A stretch of DNA of 64,000 nt, from positions 21,031-85,030 of the forward strand of contig JARRJV010000025.1 in the NCBI GenBank assembly GCA_037388825.1. Reading direction: 5' to 3'. Under the pieces are notes generated by a model that saw only the letters and a list, made by a program, of their open reading frames with translations, did no database searches and was not told where the DNA came from. This DNA is from Acidiferrobacteraceae bacterium. Lineage in GTDB: Bacteria > Pseudomonadota > Gammaproteobacteria > Acidiferrobacterales > JAJDNE01. Made by a program: the position numbers and the translations under genes. Positions 40,049 through 50,265 of the stretch are shown here, piece by piece (the first letter of the stretch is position 1; the number at the start of each line of letters is the position of its first letter).

Positions 40049-42721
40049 ATGGTTACAAAAGTCCTGAAGAAAATCGTGGGCAGCCGCAATGCCCGTCTGA
40101 TCAAGCGCATGCGGCAGCAGGTCGCCCGTATCAATTCCCTGGAATCCTCGATCTCCGCCCTCAGTGATGAGGAACTGCGGGCCAAGACCGGGGAGTTTCG
40201 CGAGCGCGTGAGCCAGGGCGAGACCCTGGACGACCTGCTGGTTGAGGCCTTTGCCGTCGTGCGTGAAGCATCGATGCGTACCCTCGGCATGCGCCACTTC
40301 GATGTACAGCTCATTGGCGGGATGACCCTGCACATGGGCAAGATTGCCGAGATGCGCACCGGCGAGGGCAAGACCCTGGTGGCCACCCTTCCGGCGTATC
40401 TGAATGCCCTGTCCGGAAACGGGGTCCACGTCGTTACCGTGAACGATTATTTGGCGCAGCGCGACTCGGAATGGATGGGGCAGGTATACGGTTTTCTGGG
40501 TCTTACCGTCGGCGTTGTGGTGTCGGACCAGGATCCGGAAAGCAAGCATGCGGCTTATCGTGCCGACATTACCTACGGCACCAACAATGAGTTCGGTTTC
40601 GACTACCTGCGCGACAATATGGCGTTCCAGGCCGAAGAACGTTTTCAGCGGCCGTTGAATTTCGCCGTTGTCGATGAAGTGGATTCCATCCTGATCGACG
40701 AGGCCCGAACTCCTCTTATTATTTCCGGTCCGGCGGAAGAGAGCACCGACCTGTACGTCAAGGTCAACAAGATCATTCCCCATCTGCAGAAGCAGGAAAC
40801 CGAAGATGGCCCCGGGGACTACTCGGTCGACGAAAAGGCCCGTCAGGCCTATCTCACCGATGCCGGCCATGAAAAGGTGGAGCGCCTGTTGGAACAGTCC
40901 GGGGTGCTTGCCGAAGGCAGCAACCTGTACGATGCCTCCAACATTATGCTGTTGCATCACGTAAATGCGGCCCTGCGCGCGCATACGCTTTACCAGCGCG
41001 AGGTCGACTACATCGTTCGCAATGGCGAAGTTGTGATCATCGACGAGTTCACCGGGCGCATGATGAGTGGCCGGCGGTGGTCCGAGGGTCTGCACCAGGC
41101 CGTGGAAGCCAAGGAAGGGGTGCCGATCCAGAATGAAAACCAGACCCTGGCCTCCATAACATTCCAGAACTATTTCCGGCTGTACAACAAGCTCAGCGGC
41201 ATGACCGGTACGGCCGATACCGAGGCGTTTGAATTCCAGCACATCTACGCGCTGGAGGTGGTCGTGATTCCCACGCACAAGCCGATGGTTCGCAAGGACA
41301 ATACCGATTTGGTTTATCGCACCAACCGGGAGAAGGAGCACGCGATCGTCGACGATATCCGCGATTGTCACGAGCGGGGTCAGCCTGCGCTCGTCGGGAC
41401 GATTTCGATTGAGTCGTCGGAACGACTTGCCGCGCTGCTGAAAAAACTCGGGATTCCGCACGAGGTTCTCAATGCAAAACAACACGAACGGGAGGCCCAG
41501 ATCGTGGCGCAGGCCGGGCGTCCGGGTGCGGTGACGATTGCCACCAATATGGCGGGTCGCGGTACAGATATTGTGCTGGGTGGCAATCCGGGGGACGGCG
41601 AGAATGAACGGAATGAGTGGGAGCAACGGCACCAGCAGGTGCTGGATGCCGGCGGCTTGCACGTAATTGGTACCGAACGTCACGAGTCCCGCCGAATCGA
41701 CAATCAGCTGCGGGGTCGTTCCGGCCGCCAGGGTGATCCGGGCTCGAGCCGGTTCTACCTCTCGCTGGAAGACAACCTCATGCGGATCTTCGGGTCCGAA
41801 CGGGTATCGGGCCTTATGCAGAGACTGGGGATGCAGGAAAACGAGGCCATTGAGCACCCCTGGGTCAGCAAGGCGATCGAGAATGCGCAGCGCAAGGTAG
41901 AAGGCCGCAACTTCGATATCCGCAAGCAGCTGCTTGAATACGACGATGTCGCCAACGATCAGCGAAAGGTGATCTATCAGCAGCGCAACGAGCTGATGGA
42001 CGCAGACGAGATCAGTGAAAGCGTGCGCACCATTCGCAGGGAAGTGGTTAACGACCTGGTGGATCAGTACCTGCCGCGGGAGAGCCTGGAGGAGCAATGG
42101 GATGTGGGTGGCCTGACCACGGCCCTGGAGGCGGAATTTGATCTCCGCCTGCCTTTGCAGGCGCTTCTGGACCAGGAATCGGACATGGACGAGGAGGCCC
42201 TGCGGGACCGGATTGTCTCCGAGCTGGAGAGCCAGCACGATGCCAAGGCGGCAGCCATCGGGTCGGAGGCCATGCGTCACCTGGAAAAGGCGGTCATGCT
42301 GCAGATTCTGGACAAGCAGTGGAAGGATCATCTCGCTGCCATGGACTATCTGCGTCAGGGGATTCATCTGCGCGGCTATGCCCAGCAGAATCCCAAGGAA
42401 GAATACAAGCGCGAGGCCTTCCGCCTGTTTTCGGAGATGCTGGATCAGATCAAGGTCGAGGTCGTCGCCACGCTGGCACGTATTCGTATACAGAGTGACG
42501 AGGAGATCGAGGCCTGGGAGGCACAGCAGCGCCGTCAGAGCGAGGTTCAGTACCTTCACCCGGAGCTTCAGTCGGGCGGCGAGGCGGAGCCGGCGCCAGA
42601 AGAAGACGTTCAGGTTGCCGCTCGGCCGGTGGTACGGTCCACCCCCAAGGTTGGCCGGAACCAGCCCTGCCCCTGCGGGTCCGGCAAGAAATACAAACAC
42701 TGTCACGGGAAACTTGTCTAG
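40049..42721 (+). CDS. secA: preprotein translocase ATPase SecA
   Basis: The ATG at 40049 gives [20 protein letters not shown].... Walker [11 protein letters not shown] is present. The C-terminal zinc finger is [14 protein letters not shown]. Confidence 0.95.
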   Translation: MVTKVLKKIVGSRNARLIKRMRQQVARINSLESSISALSDEELRAKTGEFRERVSQGETLDDLLVEAFAVVREASMRTLGMRHFDVQLIGGMTLHMGKIAEMRTGEGKTLVATLPAYLNALSGNGVHVVTVNDYLAQRDSEWMGQVYGFLGLTVGVVVSDQDPESKHAAYRADITYGTNNEFGFDYLRDNMAFQAEERFQRPLNFAVVDEVDSILIDEARTPLIISGPAEESTDLYVKVNKIIPHLQKQETEDGPGDYSVDEKARQAYLTDAGHEKVERLLEQSGVLAEGSNLYDASNIMLLHHVNAALRAHTLYQREVDYIVRNGEVVIIDEFTGRMMSGRRWSEGLHQAVEAKEGVPIQNENQTLASITFQNYFRLYNKLSGMTGTADTEAFEFQHIYALEVVVIPTHKPMVRKDNTDLVYRTNREKEHAIVDDIRDCHERGQPALVGTISIESSERLAALLKKLGIPHEVLNAKQHEREAQIVAQAGRPGAVTIATNMAGRGTDIVLGGNPGDGENERNEWEQRHQQVLDAGGLHVIGTERHESRRIDNQLRGRSGRQGDPGSSRFYLSLEDNLMRIFGSERVSGLMQRLGMQENEAIEHPWVSKAIENAQRKVEGRNFDIRKQLLEYDDVANDQRKVIYQQRNELMDADEISESVRTIRREVVNDLVDQYLPRESLEEQWDVGGLTTALEAEFDLRLPLQALLDQESDMDEEALRDRIVSELESQHDAKAAAIGSEAMRHLEKAVMLQILDKQWKDHLAAMDYLRQGIHLRGYAQQNPKEEYKREAFRLFSEMLDQIKVEVVATLARIRIQSDEEIEAWEAQQRRQSEVQYLHPELQSGGEAEPAPEEDVQVAARPVVRSTPKVGRNQPCPCGSGKKYKHCHGKLV

Positions 42722-42759
42722 CGGGTCGCCGTCGACGCTATAATGAAGTGATTCGAAAG

Positions 42760-42787
42760 CGGGGGGTCAGGCCCCCCGTTTTGATTT
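42760..42787 (+). terminator. rho-independent terminator after secA
   Basis: cgggggg-tcagg-ccccccg hairpin followed by ttttgattt. Confidence 0.75.
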
Positions 42788-42800
42788 GTACGAGGCAACG

Positions 42801-44021
42801 ATGGCGGTCGGACTGAAACCTCTCGAGAAACTCTTGCCGGTTCGCGGTACGCGCGTGGCTGCTGCCCACGCGGGCCTTCGCTATCGCAAGAGAGCAGATC
42901 TCGCAGTACTGCTTGCGGACGAGGGAACCTCGACGGCGGCGGTGTTTACGCGCAACCGCTTTGCTGCAGCGCCCGTGCTTGTCGCGCGCGAACACATGGA
43001 GAAGGCGGTGCCGCGGGCGCTGGTCGTCAACTCCGGCCAGGCCAATGCCGGAACGGGCGAACCCGGTCTGGCGTTGGCGCGCGATGCATGTGCCTGGGTG
43101 GCCGGAGAAGTCGGGTGCGCGCCGGAACAGGTGCTTCCTTTTTCCACCGGGGTGATCGGCGTGGTACCCCCTTCTGATGCGATGCGTGCGGCCATTCCGG
43201 GCCTGTGCAGCGCCCTGTCCGAGGATGCCTGGAACGAGTTCGCCGAGGCCATCGTGACCACCGATACGGTACCCAAGGGCATCTCGGTTCAGCTGTCCCT
43301 TGGGGATGCTTCCGTGACCCTCAGCGGCGTTGCCAAGGGTTCCGGAATGATCCGGCCGGACATGGCAACCATGCTTGCCTTTGTCGCAACCGATGCGTCG
43401 ATCGATACCGGGGTTCTCCAACGCGCCCTGTCGGCGGCGGTCGACGTTTCATTCAATCGAATTACCGTCGATGGCGATACATCCACCAATGACGCCTGCG
43501 TGATCATGGCCACGGGCCGCGCCGCAAACGAGACCATCGACGGCCCGAATCATCCCCTGTTCGAGCCATTCCGTGCCGCGCTCACCGAGGTTTGCACGAC
43601 CCTGGCGCAAATGATTGTCCGCGACGGAGAGGGCGCAACCAAGTTCGTCACCATCAAGGTCGGCGGCGGCCGTACCGTCGACGAGTGTCTTCAGGTTGCC
43701 TATACGATTGCCCATTCCCCGCTTGTGAAAACGGCTCTGTTCGCCAGTGATCCGAATTGGGGACGCATCCTGGCTGCCGTGGGACGTGCGCCGGTCGTGG
43801 ATCTGGATATTGACCGGGTTGAACTCGATATCAATGGTGTGGCCGTGGTTCGCAATGGAGCCGTCGCCGATTCCTACAGCGAAGAGCAGGGGCAGCAGGC
43901 CATGGCGCGGGACGAAATCCTTATTGAGGTTCGCCTTGGTGCCGGCAAGGAGTCGGCAATGGTCTGGACCACGGACCTTTCCCACGAGTACGTGCGAATC
44001 AATGCCGAGTACCGCAGCTGA
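42801..44021 (+). CDS. argJ: bifunctional glutamate N-acetyltransferase / amino-acid acetyltransferase
   Basis: The autoproteolytic site ...MIRPDMATMLAFVATDA is present. The product ends ...HEYVRINAEYRS. Confidence 0.92.
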   Translation: MAVGLKPLEKLLPVRGTRVAAAHAGLRYRKRADLAVLLADEGTSTAAVFTRNRFAAAPVLVAREHMEKAVPRALVVNSGQANAGTGEPGLALARDACAWVAGEVGCAPEQVLPFSTGVIGVVPPSDAMRAAIPGLCSALSEDAWNEFAEAIVTTDTVPKGISVQLSLGDASVTLSGVAKGSGMIRPDMATMLAFVATDASIDTGVLQRALSAAVDVSFNRITVDGDTSTNDACVIMATGRAANETIDGPNHPLFEPFRAALTEVCTTLAQMIVRDGEGATKFVTIKVGGGRTVDECLQVAYTIAHSPLVKTALFASDPNWGRILAAVGRAPVVDLDIDRVELDINGVAVVRNGAVADSYSEEQGQQAMARDEILIEVRLGAGKESAMVWTTDLSHEYVRINAEYRS

Positions 44022-45003
44022 CGGCCGGATTCACGTCGCTGTCGGCGCGGTGCAACGTGGTGACCGGGTGCTGATCGCGTTCCGGCCGCCGGATCTCCAC
44101 GAAGGGGGAAAGTGGGAGTTTCCCGGCGGCAAGGTGGAGCCTGGCGAGGATGGCCGCGAGGCGCTGCAGCGTGAGTTGCACGAGGAACTCGGAATAGAGA
44201 CTCGCCGCGCCGTGCCGCTGATCCAGATTCCTTACGATTACAGCGACCGCAAGGTATGGCTGGATGTCTGGTGTGTCACGGAGTTTTCCGGTGAAGCGAC
44301 GGGTCGCGATGGACAGGACCTGCGGTGGGTCGCGCGCGGCGAGCTTTCCGACTACGAGTTCCCAGCGGCCAATCGGGCGATTGTGCGTGCCCTCCAGCTG
44401 CCGTCCCTGTACCTGATCAGCGACCTCGGCCGATTCTCCGGTCGCCGCGAGTTTCTTGGCGCGCTGGAGGAGGCCCTGGCGGCCGGCGCACGGCTGATCC
44501 AGCTTCGCGAGAACGGCCTGGATGATGAGGAATTCGCGATTCTGGCGGGGGAGGTGCTTGCCCTTTCCCGGGCGCACGGTGCAAGGGTTCTGGTGAATCG
44601 GGACCCGGAGATGGCGCGACGCGTCGGTGCCGACGGGATACATCTCAGCGGTCGGCGCCTGCACGAGACTGTGGAAAGACCCCTGTCACCTCCGGCACTG
44701 CTTTCCGCTTCCTGTCATACGAAGGAAGACCTCCGTCGCGCCGAGGCGATTGGCGCGGATTTTGTTGTGCTCTCTCCCGTACGGCCGACGAACAGTCATC
44801 CGGGCGAGGCGGGTATGGGATGGGAGCGCTTTCGCAGACTTTGTGCCGAAACCCGAATTCCGGTGTATGCCCTCGGCGGCATGAAACCCGGAGATCTGGA
44901 ACTTGCCGTCAACCACGGCGCCCAGGGCCTTTCCATGATCGGGGGAGTCTGGTCCTCCCCATCCATTTCCGCGGCCGTACGGACCTGTCAGTCGCGATCG
45001 TAG
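44002..45003 (+). CDS. mutT: Nudix (MutT-type 8-oxo-dGTP diphosphatase) fused to a thiamine-phosphate-synthase-like (TenI/ThiE) domain
   Basis: The ATG at 44002 overlaps the argJ end. The Nudix box is GGKVEPGEDGREALQRELHEELGI. The C-terminal TIM-barrel part has the GADGIHL and ALGG motifs. Confidence 0.8.
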   Translation: MPSTAADGRIHVAVGAVQRGDRVLIAFRPPDLHEGGKWEFPGGKVEPGEDGREALQRELHEELGIETRRAVPLIQIPYDYSDRKVWLDVWCVTEFSGEATGRDGQDLRWVARGELSDYEFPAANRAIVRALQLPSLYLISDLGRFSGRREFLGALEEALAAGARLIQLRENGLDDEEFAILAGEVLALSRAHGARVLVNRDPEMARRVGADGIHLSGRRLHETVERPLSPPALLSASCHTKEDLRRAEAIGADFVVLSPVRPTNSHPGEAGMGWERFRRLCAETRIPVYALGGMKPGDLELAVNHGAQGLSMIGGVWSSPSISAAVRTCQSRS

Positions 45004-45602
45004 TCTCCAGTGGCGGCCAGTTGTTCATAGCGGCGGTGCAGGTCCAGAATGGATTGCCGCAGTTCTGCAAGATTCCCTGTATTGTCCAGGACATCGTCGG
45101 CCTTGCCGAGGCGCAGGGCATCGTTGGCCTGCGCGTCCATTATGGACTGCGCCTGGTCGGCACCGATCGCGTCCCGGCTCATGACACGCCGGGCCCGGGT
45201 GTCCCGTGGCGCGTTGACGACCAGGACGCGATGAACCAGGTCCTGCATACCGGATTCGACCAACAACGGCACGACGATCACGCAGTAGGCGGAGCTGAGG
45301 GCCTGTACTTCCCGGACGATGGCTGCCCGGACCCGGGGATGCAGGATTGCCTCCAGGCGTTTCCTTTGCTTCGCGTCGTGAAAGACAAGGTCCCTGAGTC
45401 GCTTCCGGTCCAGTGACCCGTCCACGGATACAATGTCCCCGCCGAATGTCGCCACCACCTCCTCGTAGGCCTCGGTCCCGGGTTCCACGAGTTCGCGGGC
45501 AATCCGGTCTGCATCGATTACCGGCACGCCCAGTTCGGAAAACAGATTGGCGGCTTCGGTTTTCCCGGCACCGATCCCGCCTGTCAGCCCTATGCGCAAC
45601 AT
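44988..45602 (-). CDS. coaE: dephospho-CoA kinase
   Basis: The ATG at 45602 gives MLRIGLTGGIGAGKT (P-loop). The gene lies downstream of pilD, as in pilBCD-coaE operons. Confidence 0.9.
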   Translation of the reverse strand: MLRIGLTGGIGAGKTEAANLFSELGVPVIDADRIARELVEPGTEAYEEVVATFGGDIVSVDGSLDRKRLRDLVFHDAKQRKRLEAILHPRVRAAIVREVQALSSAYCVIVVPLLVESGMQDLVHRVLVVNAPRDTRARRVMSRDAIGADQAQSIMDAQANDALRLGKADDVLDNTGNLAELRQSILDLHRRYEQLAATGDYDRD

Positions 45603-45606
45603 GAGG

Positions 45607-46485
45607 CTATCCGATTCGTGCGAGCTGGAGGTAGGCCCGGGTGAGAGTGTCGCCCCACAGGAGGGTGATCCAGCCAGCAACACAAAGGAAGGGTCCGAAA
45701 GGGATCGGGTGGTCGCGGCCGCGCCGGGAGAAATAGAGGGAAGCACCGCCGATCACGGCTCCGGTAAAGGCGGCAATCAGAATCAGGATCGGGAGTTGTT
45801 GCCACCCGAGCCATGCCCCGAAGAGGGCAAAGAGCTTGAAGTCACCGAATCCAATACCCTCTTTCCCGGTCAACAGTCTGAAACCCTGGTAGACGAGCCA
45901 AAGAGAAAGGTAGCCGGCGATTGCGCCGAAAACGGCCGACTGCAGATCAGTGAAAGTACCAAAGCTGGAGAAAATCAGGCCGAGCCAGAGGAACGGCAGT
46001 GTTATGGAATCGGGCAGGATCTTGTGCTCGTAGTCGATAACAGCGAGCGGAATCAGGCCCCAAACCAGAATCAGGGCACCAAGGGACTGAATCGTCACGC
46101 CAAAATGCCAGGCCGTGCCCACGGACAGGATTGCCGTGGCCAGCTCGATCAGCGGGTATCGCGGGGAGATAGGTGTGCCGCATTCAGAGCATCGTCCGCG
46201 CAGCAGGAGGTAACTCACAACCGGAATGTTTTCCCATGCGCGGATCGGGTGTCCACAGTGTGGGCACTGCGAACCCGGCCTGAGCAAGTTGAAAGCGGGA
46301 ACGGTTTTCTCTTGCGGGAGTTCAAGCAGCTCACGACATTGGCTGCGCCAGTCGCGATCCAGCATTGCGGGAACCCGAAGGATAACCACATTCAGAAAGC
46401 TGCCAAGTACCAGACCGTAGAGGGCAACCGCGGTCAGGAACAGTCCGGGGTGGATTTGCAGGTAAAACTGAAGTCCGGAAAACAT
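45607..46485 (-). CDS. pilD: prepilin peptidase / N-methyltransferase (A24 family)
   Basis: 292 aa. Zinc-binding CPHC...CSEC pairs and a polytopic A24 core (GFGDFKL). Confidence 0.92.
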   Translation of the reverse strand: MFSGLQFYLQIHPGLFLTAVALYGLVLGSFLNVVILRVPAMLDRDWRSQCRELLELPQEKTVPAFNLLRPGSQCPHCGHPIRAWENIPVVSYLLLRGRCSECGTPISPRYPLIELATAILSVGTAWHFGVTIQSLGALILVWGLIPLAVIDYEHKILPDSITLPFLWLGLIFSSFGTFTDLQSAVFGAIAGYLSLWLVYQGFRLLTGKEGIGFGDFKLFALFGAWLGWQQLPILILIAAFTGAVIGGASLYFSRRGRDHPIPFGPFLCVAGWITLLWGDTLTRAYLQLARIG

Positions 46486-46517
46486 GCCGCGGGCAGCGTG
46501 GATCTGCGGCCAGGGCG

Positions 46518-47681
46518 TCAGATGACGGATGCGAGTTTGAAGATGGGCAGGTACATCGCGACCACCATGCCGCCCACAATGATACCGAGAAAGGCCATGA
46601 TGATCGGTTCGAGCAGACTGCTTAGGCCGGCTACGGCGTCGTCGACCTCGGTTTCGTAGATATCGGCTACCTTGCCGAGCATGGCATCCAGTTCACCCGA
46701 TTCCTCGCCAATGGCTACCATTTGCACGACCATATTCGGGAACAGGTTTACCTGGCCCATGGCCGCCTGCAGCTGGGTGCCGGTACTGACCTCGTCCTTG
46801 ATCTGCAGCGTTCCATCATAGTAGACCCGGTTGCCCGCGGCGCCAGCGACGGAATCCAGGGCTTCCACGAGCGGTACACCGGCGGCGAACATCGTTGCAA
46901 GGGTGCGACAGAAGCGCGCGATCGTGGCCTTCTTGATGATCGGTCCAATAATCGGAGCGCGCAGCAACAGGCGATCCATCATATGCTGCATCTTCGTGGA
47001 TCGCCTGTAGGCATAGAAGAATCCGCCAATGGTGCCGAAGATGCTGCCGAAGATCAGGATCGCGTGGTTCGTAAAGGCCTTGGACAGATTGATGACGAAT
47101 ACCGTCAGTGCTGGCAGGTCGGCGCCAAAGTCGGCGAACAGACTTTCAAACTGGGGAATCACGAAGATCAGCAAGATCGCGGAAATAATGAATGCGACCA
47201 CAATGACCGCCGTTGGATAGAACAGCGCGGACTTGATCTTGCTCTTCAGGTTCTCGATCTTTTCCTTGTAGGTCGCGATCTTGTCCAGCAGGGTCTCGAG
47301 AATACCGGCCTGTTCACCGGCTCCCACCAGGCTGCAGTAGAGGGAGTCGAAATAGAGCGGATGCTTGGACAAGGCCTCGGTCAGATTGGTGCCGGATTCG
47401 ATATCCTGCTTGACGCGGATCACAAGATCCGCGAGACCCGAATTTTCCGTTCCCTTGGCTACGATATCGAATGCCTGAACGACCGGTAGACCCGCCTGCA
47501 ACATCGTGGCAAGTTGGCGCGTGAAGACCGCAATGTCCTTTGGTTTGATCTTCTTCTTGGTGTTGAACAGGGACTTCTGGGCAACGCCAGTTCCTTCCAT
47601 CTCTCCCTTGATGGTCTTGCCCTGACGGTCGGTACCTTCAAAGATGAAGATATTTGCTTTCTTGACGGCAGCTTGCGCCAT
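46518..47681 (-). CDS. pilC: type IV pilus inner-membrane platform protein (GspF family)
   Basis: 387 aa with the two GspF repeats. The N-terminal region is about 19 aa shorter than my recollection of P. aeruginosa PilC. Confidence 0.9.
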   Translation of the reverse strand: MAQAAVKKANIFIFEGTDRQGKTIKGEMEGTGVAQKSLFNTKKKIKPKDIAVFTRQLATMLQAGLPVVQAFDIVAKGTENSGLADLVIRVKQDIESGTNLTEALSKHPLYFDSLYCSLVGAGEQAGILETLLDKIATYKEKIENLKSKIKSALFYPTAVIVVAFIISAILLIFVIPQFESLFADFGADLPALTVFVINLSKAFTNHAILIFGSIFGTIGGFFYAYRRSTKMQHMMDRLLLRAPIIGPIIKKATIARFCRTLATMFAAGVPLVEALDSVAGAAGNRVYYDGTLQIKDEVSTGTQLQAAMGQVNLFPNMVVQMVAIGEESGELDAMLGKVADIYETEVDDAVAGLSSLLEPIIMAFLGIIVGGMVVAMYLPIFKLASVI

Positions 47682-47707
47682 GACGGATATTCAGTTTCCC
47701 TTGATCG

Positions 47708-49435
47708 TTACTGGTTGGTGACGCGCTCGATTTCCTCGAGGCTGGTGACGCCTGCGGCAACCTTGCGCAGGCCGGAGCGGCGCAGGGGGGTTACGCCTTC
47801 CTTCAGCATCTGCTGTTCGATGTCCAGTTCCGTCCCTTCGCGCATGATGATTTCGCCAATCGCCTCGCTCACGGGCATCACTTCATAGATGCCTACACGT
47901 CCTTTATAGCCGCCGTTGCACGAATCGCAACCCACGGGGCCGTAGACGGTGAGTCCGGCGCCGATTTCCTTGTCCGTGAATCCGGCCTTTTGCAGGGCCT
48001 CATTGGGTAAATCCAGCTTGGTCTTGCATTTCTCGCACAGCCGGCGCCCGAGCCGTTGGGCAATGATCAGGTTCACGGCGGAAGCAATATTGAACGGGGG
48101 TACACCCATGTTTACCAGACGCGTCAGGGTGGCCGGGGCGCTGTTGGTATGCAGGGTGGAAAGCACCATGTGACCCGTCTGGGCCGCCTTGATGGCGATG
48201 CTGGCGGTTTCCAGGTCTCGAATCTCACCTACGAGAATGATGTCCGGATCCTGGCGCAGAAAGGCGCGCAGTACGGAGGAAAAATCCAGTCCGGCCTTTT
48301 CATTGATGTTGACCTGGTTGATGCCGCCCAGATTGATTTCCACCGGGTCTTCGGCCGTGGAAATGTTGCGATCCGGCGTGTTCAGGATATTCACCGCCGT
48401 ATATAAGGTAACGGTCTTACCAGACCCCGTCGGGCCGGTGACAAGCACCATTCCGTAAGGCCTGTGGATCGCCTCCATGAACAATTCTTTTTGATCAGAT
48501 TCAAAACCGAGTTTGTCCACACCGATTGTCGCCGAGGTCGGATCGAGGATACGCAGCACGATCTTTTCACCCCAGAGTGTGGGCAGGGTGCTGACACGAA
48601 AATCGATGGCGCGATTCTTGGAGATGCGCATCTTGATGCGTCCGTCCTGCGGCAGACGCCGTTCGGCGATGTCCAGCCGGGACAGGATCTTGACGCGTGC
48701 TGCGATTCGTCCGGACAGTGCCAGGGGAGGGGCGGCCACCTCGTTCAATACGCCATCTACGCGATAGCGTACCCGGTAGGTCTTTTCATAAGGCTCGATG
48801 TGAATATCCGATGCACCGCGGTTGATCGCATCGAGCAGAACCTTGTTGACGAATTTTACGATCGGGGTGTCATTGACTCCGGTCTCATCGCCTCCCGCTC
48901 GATCCTCGGCGTCTTCGGAAACAACGTCGAGGTCATCGAGACCATCCAGGGACTCATCATCCGAAAACTGCGTGAAAGTCGTGTCGTTGGCCTCGAGGAA
49001 CTTGTCAATGGCCTCGCTGAGCTTGTTGTCCTCGACCAGAACCGGTTCGGTAACGCAGCCGGTATGGAACTTGATTTCGTCGAGGGCGGTGACGCTGGTG
49101 GGATCGGAGGTAGCGATATAGAGTCGATTTCCGCGCTTGTACAGGGGCAGTACCCGGTGTCGGCGAATGATCTTTTCGTCAACCAGCTTGACCGGCGCCG
49201 CCTCCACATCGATGGAATTGATATCCACCAGGGGAACGCCGAATTCCTCGGAGGCGATGCGCGCAAGGGTCGCGCTGTCGACCTTCTTGCTTTCAACGGC
49301 GTAGGAAACGAAAGAGGTCTTTTTCTGCAGCGCCCCTTCCTGAAGGCGCTCGGCGTCTTCCGTGGTCAGGAGCTTGTCGCGTACCAGCCGCAGGGCGAGG
49401 CCGCTGAGTCGGGTTGCGGTCGTCGGTGTCGCCAT
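47708..49435 (-). CDS. pilB: type IV pilus assembly ATPase
   Basis: Taken from the ATG at 49435. Walker A GPTGSGKT, the Asp/His boxes, and the tetracysteine CEKC...CDSC are present. Confidence 0.93.
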   Translation of the reverse strand: MATPTTATRLSGLALRLVRDKLLTTEDAERLQEGALQKKTSFVSYAVESKKVDSATLARIASEEFGVPLVDINSIDVEAAPVKLVDEKIIRRHRVLPLYKRGNRLYIATSDPTSVTALDEIKFHTGCVTEPVLVEDNKLSEAIDKFLEANDTTFTQFSDDESLDGLDDLDVVSEDAEDRAGGDETGVNDTPIVKFVNKVLLDAINRGASDIHIEPYEKTYRVRYRVDGVLNEVAAPPLALSGRIAARVKILSRLDIAERRLPQDGRIKMRISKNRAIDFRVSTLPTLWGEKIVLRILDPTSATIGVDKLGFESDQKELFMEAIHRPYGMVLVTGPTGSGKTVTLYTAVNILNTPDRNISTAEDPVEINLGGINQVNINEKAGLDFSSVLRAFLRQDPDIILVGEIRDLETASIAIKAAQTGHMVLSTLHTNSAPATLTRLVNMGVPPFNIASAVNLIIAQRLGRRLCEKCKTKLDLPNEALQKAGFTDKEIGAGLTVYGPVGCDSCNGGYKGRVGIYEVMPVSEAIGEIIMREGTELDIEQQMLKEGVTPLRRSGLRKVAAGVTSLEEIERVTNQ

Positions 49436-49555
49436 GGTTGTGGATGAAACTCCCGGTGATCTTTCAGTCGGTGGCATACAACACGACCCGGATACAATTA
49501 TCGTGCCCGAGCCGATTCACTGCTACTCGTATGATAGTAGATGAGATGTTGCGCG

Positions 49556-49581
49556 CAGCCAAACATTTTTGGCTGTTTTTT
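49556..49581 (+). terminator. orphan terminator-like hairpin in the pilB-rubrerythrin intergenic region
   Basis: cagccaaa-catt-tttggctg followed by tttttt on the + strand. No + strand gene lies upstream. Confidence 0.45.
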
Positions 49582-49677
49582 CATGTACCACAACAAGGGG
49601 ACAAAACAGGCTTTCCCGGGGAGATTGTGGGGCTTGATGGATATCAATGCGCCTGTGTGCCCGCTCTCCGAGAATGA

Positions 49678-49706
49678 TTGACACCGGAAAGGCAAAAAAT
49701 TAGAAT
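49678..49706 (+). promoter_or_regulatory. sigma70 promoter of the rubrerythrin operon
   Basis: TTGACA (49678-83), a 17-nt spacer, then TAGAAT (49701-06). The AGGAG RBS precedes the ATG at 49734. Confidence 0.65.
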
Positions 49707-49733
49707 GGTTCTAAATCGGTTAGGAGCACCCTC

Positions 49734-50150
49734 ATGGACCTTAAAGGAAGCAAGACGGAAGAAAGCCTGAAAGAGGCCTTTGCCGGCGAGTCCCAGGCCA
49801 ATCGCCGCTATCTCTACTTCGCAGCCAAGGCGGATGTCGAAGGTTACAACGACGTTTCCGCAGTGTTTCGCTCCACGGCGGAAGGCGAAACCGGCCATGC
49901 CCATGGCCATCTCGAATACCTGGAGGCCGTCGGCGATCCGGCCACCGGTCTGCCGATTGGCAGCACCTCGGACAACCTGAAGGCGGCCATCGCCGGTGAG
50001 ACCCACGAGTATACCGATATGTACCCGGGTATGGCCAAGACGGCCCGCGACGAAGGTTTCGACGAAATCGCAGACTGGTTCGAGACCCTGGCCAAGGCCG
50101 AGCGGTCCCACGCCAATCGTTTCCAGAAGGCGCTGGATTCGATGGACTAG
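49734..50150 (+). CDS. rubrerythrin-family diiron protein (no rubredoxin domain)
   Basis: 138 aa. The two ExxH diiron motifs are present ([10 protein letters not shown].. and [11 protein letters not shown]). Confidence 0.88.
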   Translation: MDLKGSKTEESLKEAFAGESQANRRYLYFAAKADVEGYNDVSAVFRSTAEGETGHAHGHLEYLEAVGDPATGLPIGSTSDNLKAAIAGETHEYTDMYPGMAKTARDEGFDEIADWFETLAKAERSHANRFQKALDSMD

Positions 50151-50163
50151 ACCGCCGGGAAGA

Positions 50164-50199
50164 CCCCGACCCCCTCCGAAATGGGGGACGGGGTTGATT
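50164..50199 (+). terminator. intra-operon hairpin (possible attenuating terminator) after rubrerythrin
   Basis: ccccgaccccc / gggggacgggg form an 11-bp stem with a central mismatch and an 8-nt loop, followed by ttgattcc. Confidence 0.4.
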
Positions 50200-50265
50200 C
50201 CCGTTCGTGCACGGGCTGTGCGAATCCCGACCCGAGACAAACGTTCGAATCGGAAAATAACCAAA

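Noticed and set aside
39914-42706. 930-aa ORF antisense to secA. Similar very long antisense or alternative-frame ORFs include 1898-3046, 4081-5223, 5979-6953, 9390-10610, 20364-21854, 22268-23401, 24421-26010, 25796-27169, 28284-29465, 30615-31682, 33566-34612, 34419-35795, 45547-46659, 49741-51570, 54898-55941, 60188-61447 and 62214-63335.
   Set aside because: Each lies opposite to, or out of frame with, a gene that has unmistakable family motifs. Their translations are low-complexity and R/G/P/A/H-rich, with no recognisable motifs. Long stop-free shadow frames are expected in high-GC DNA.
46518-47681. PilC is about 19 aa shorter than P. aeruginosa PilC in the N-terminal cytoplasmic region (…GEMEGTGVAQKSLFNTKKKIKPKDIAVF…). 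This could be a third internal deletion.
   Set aside because: The gene is in frame and both GspF repeats are intact. That N-terminal stretch varies among PilC/GspF proteins. Without an alignment to close relatives, I cannot call it a lesion.
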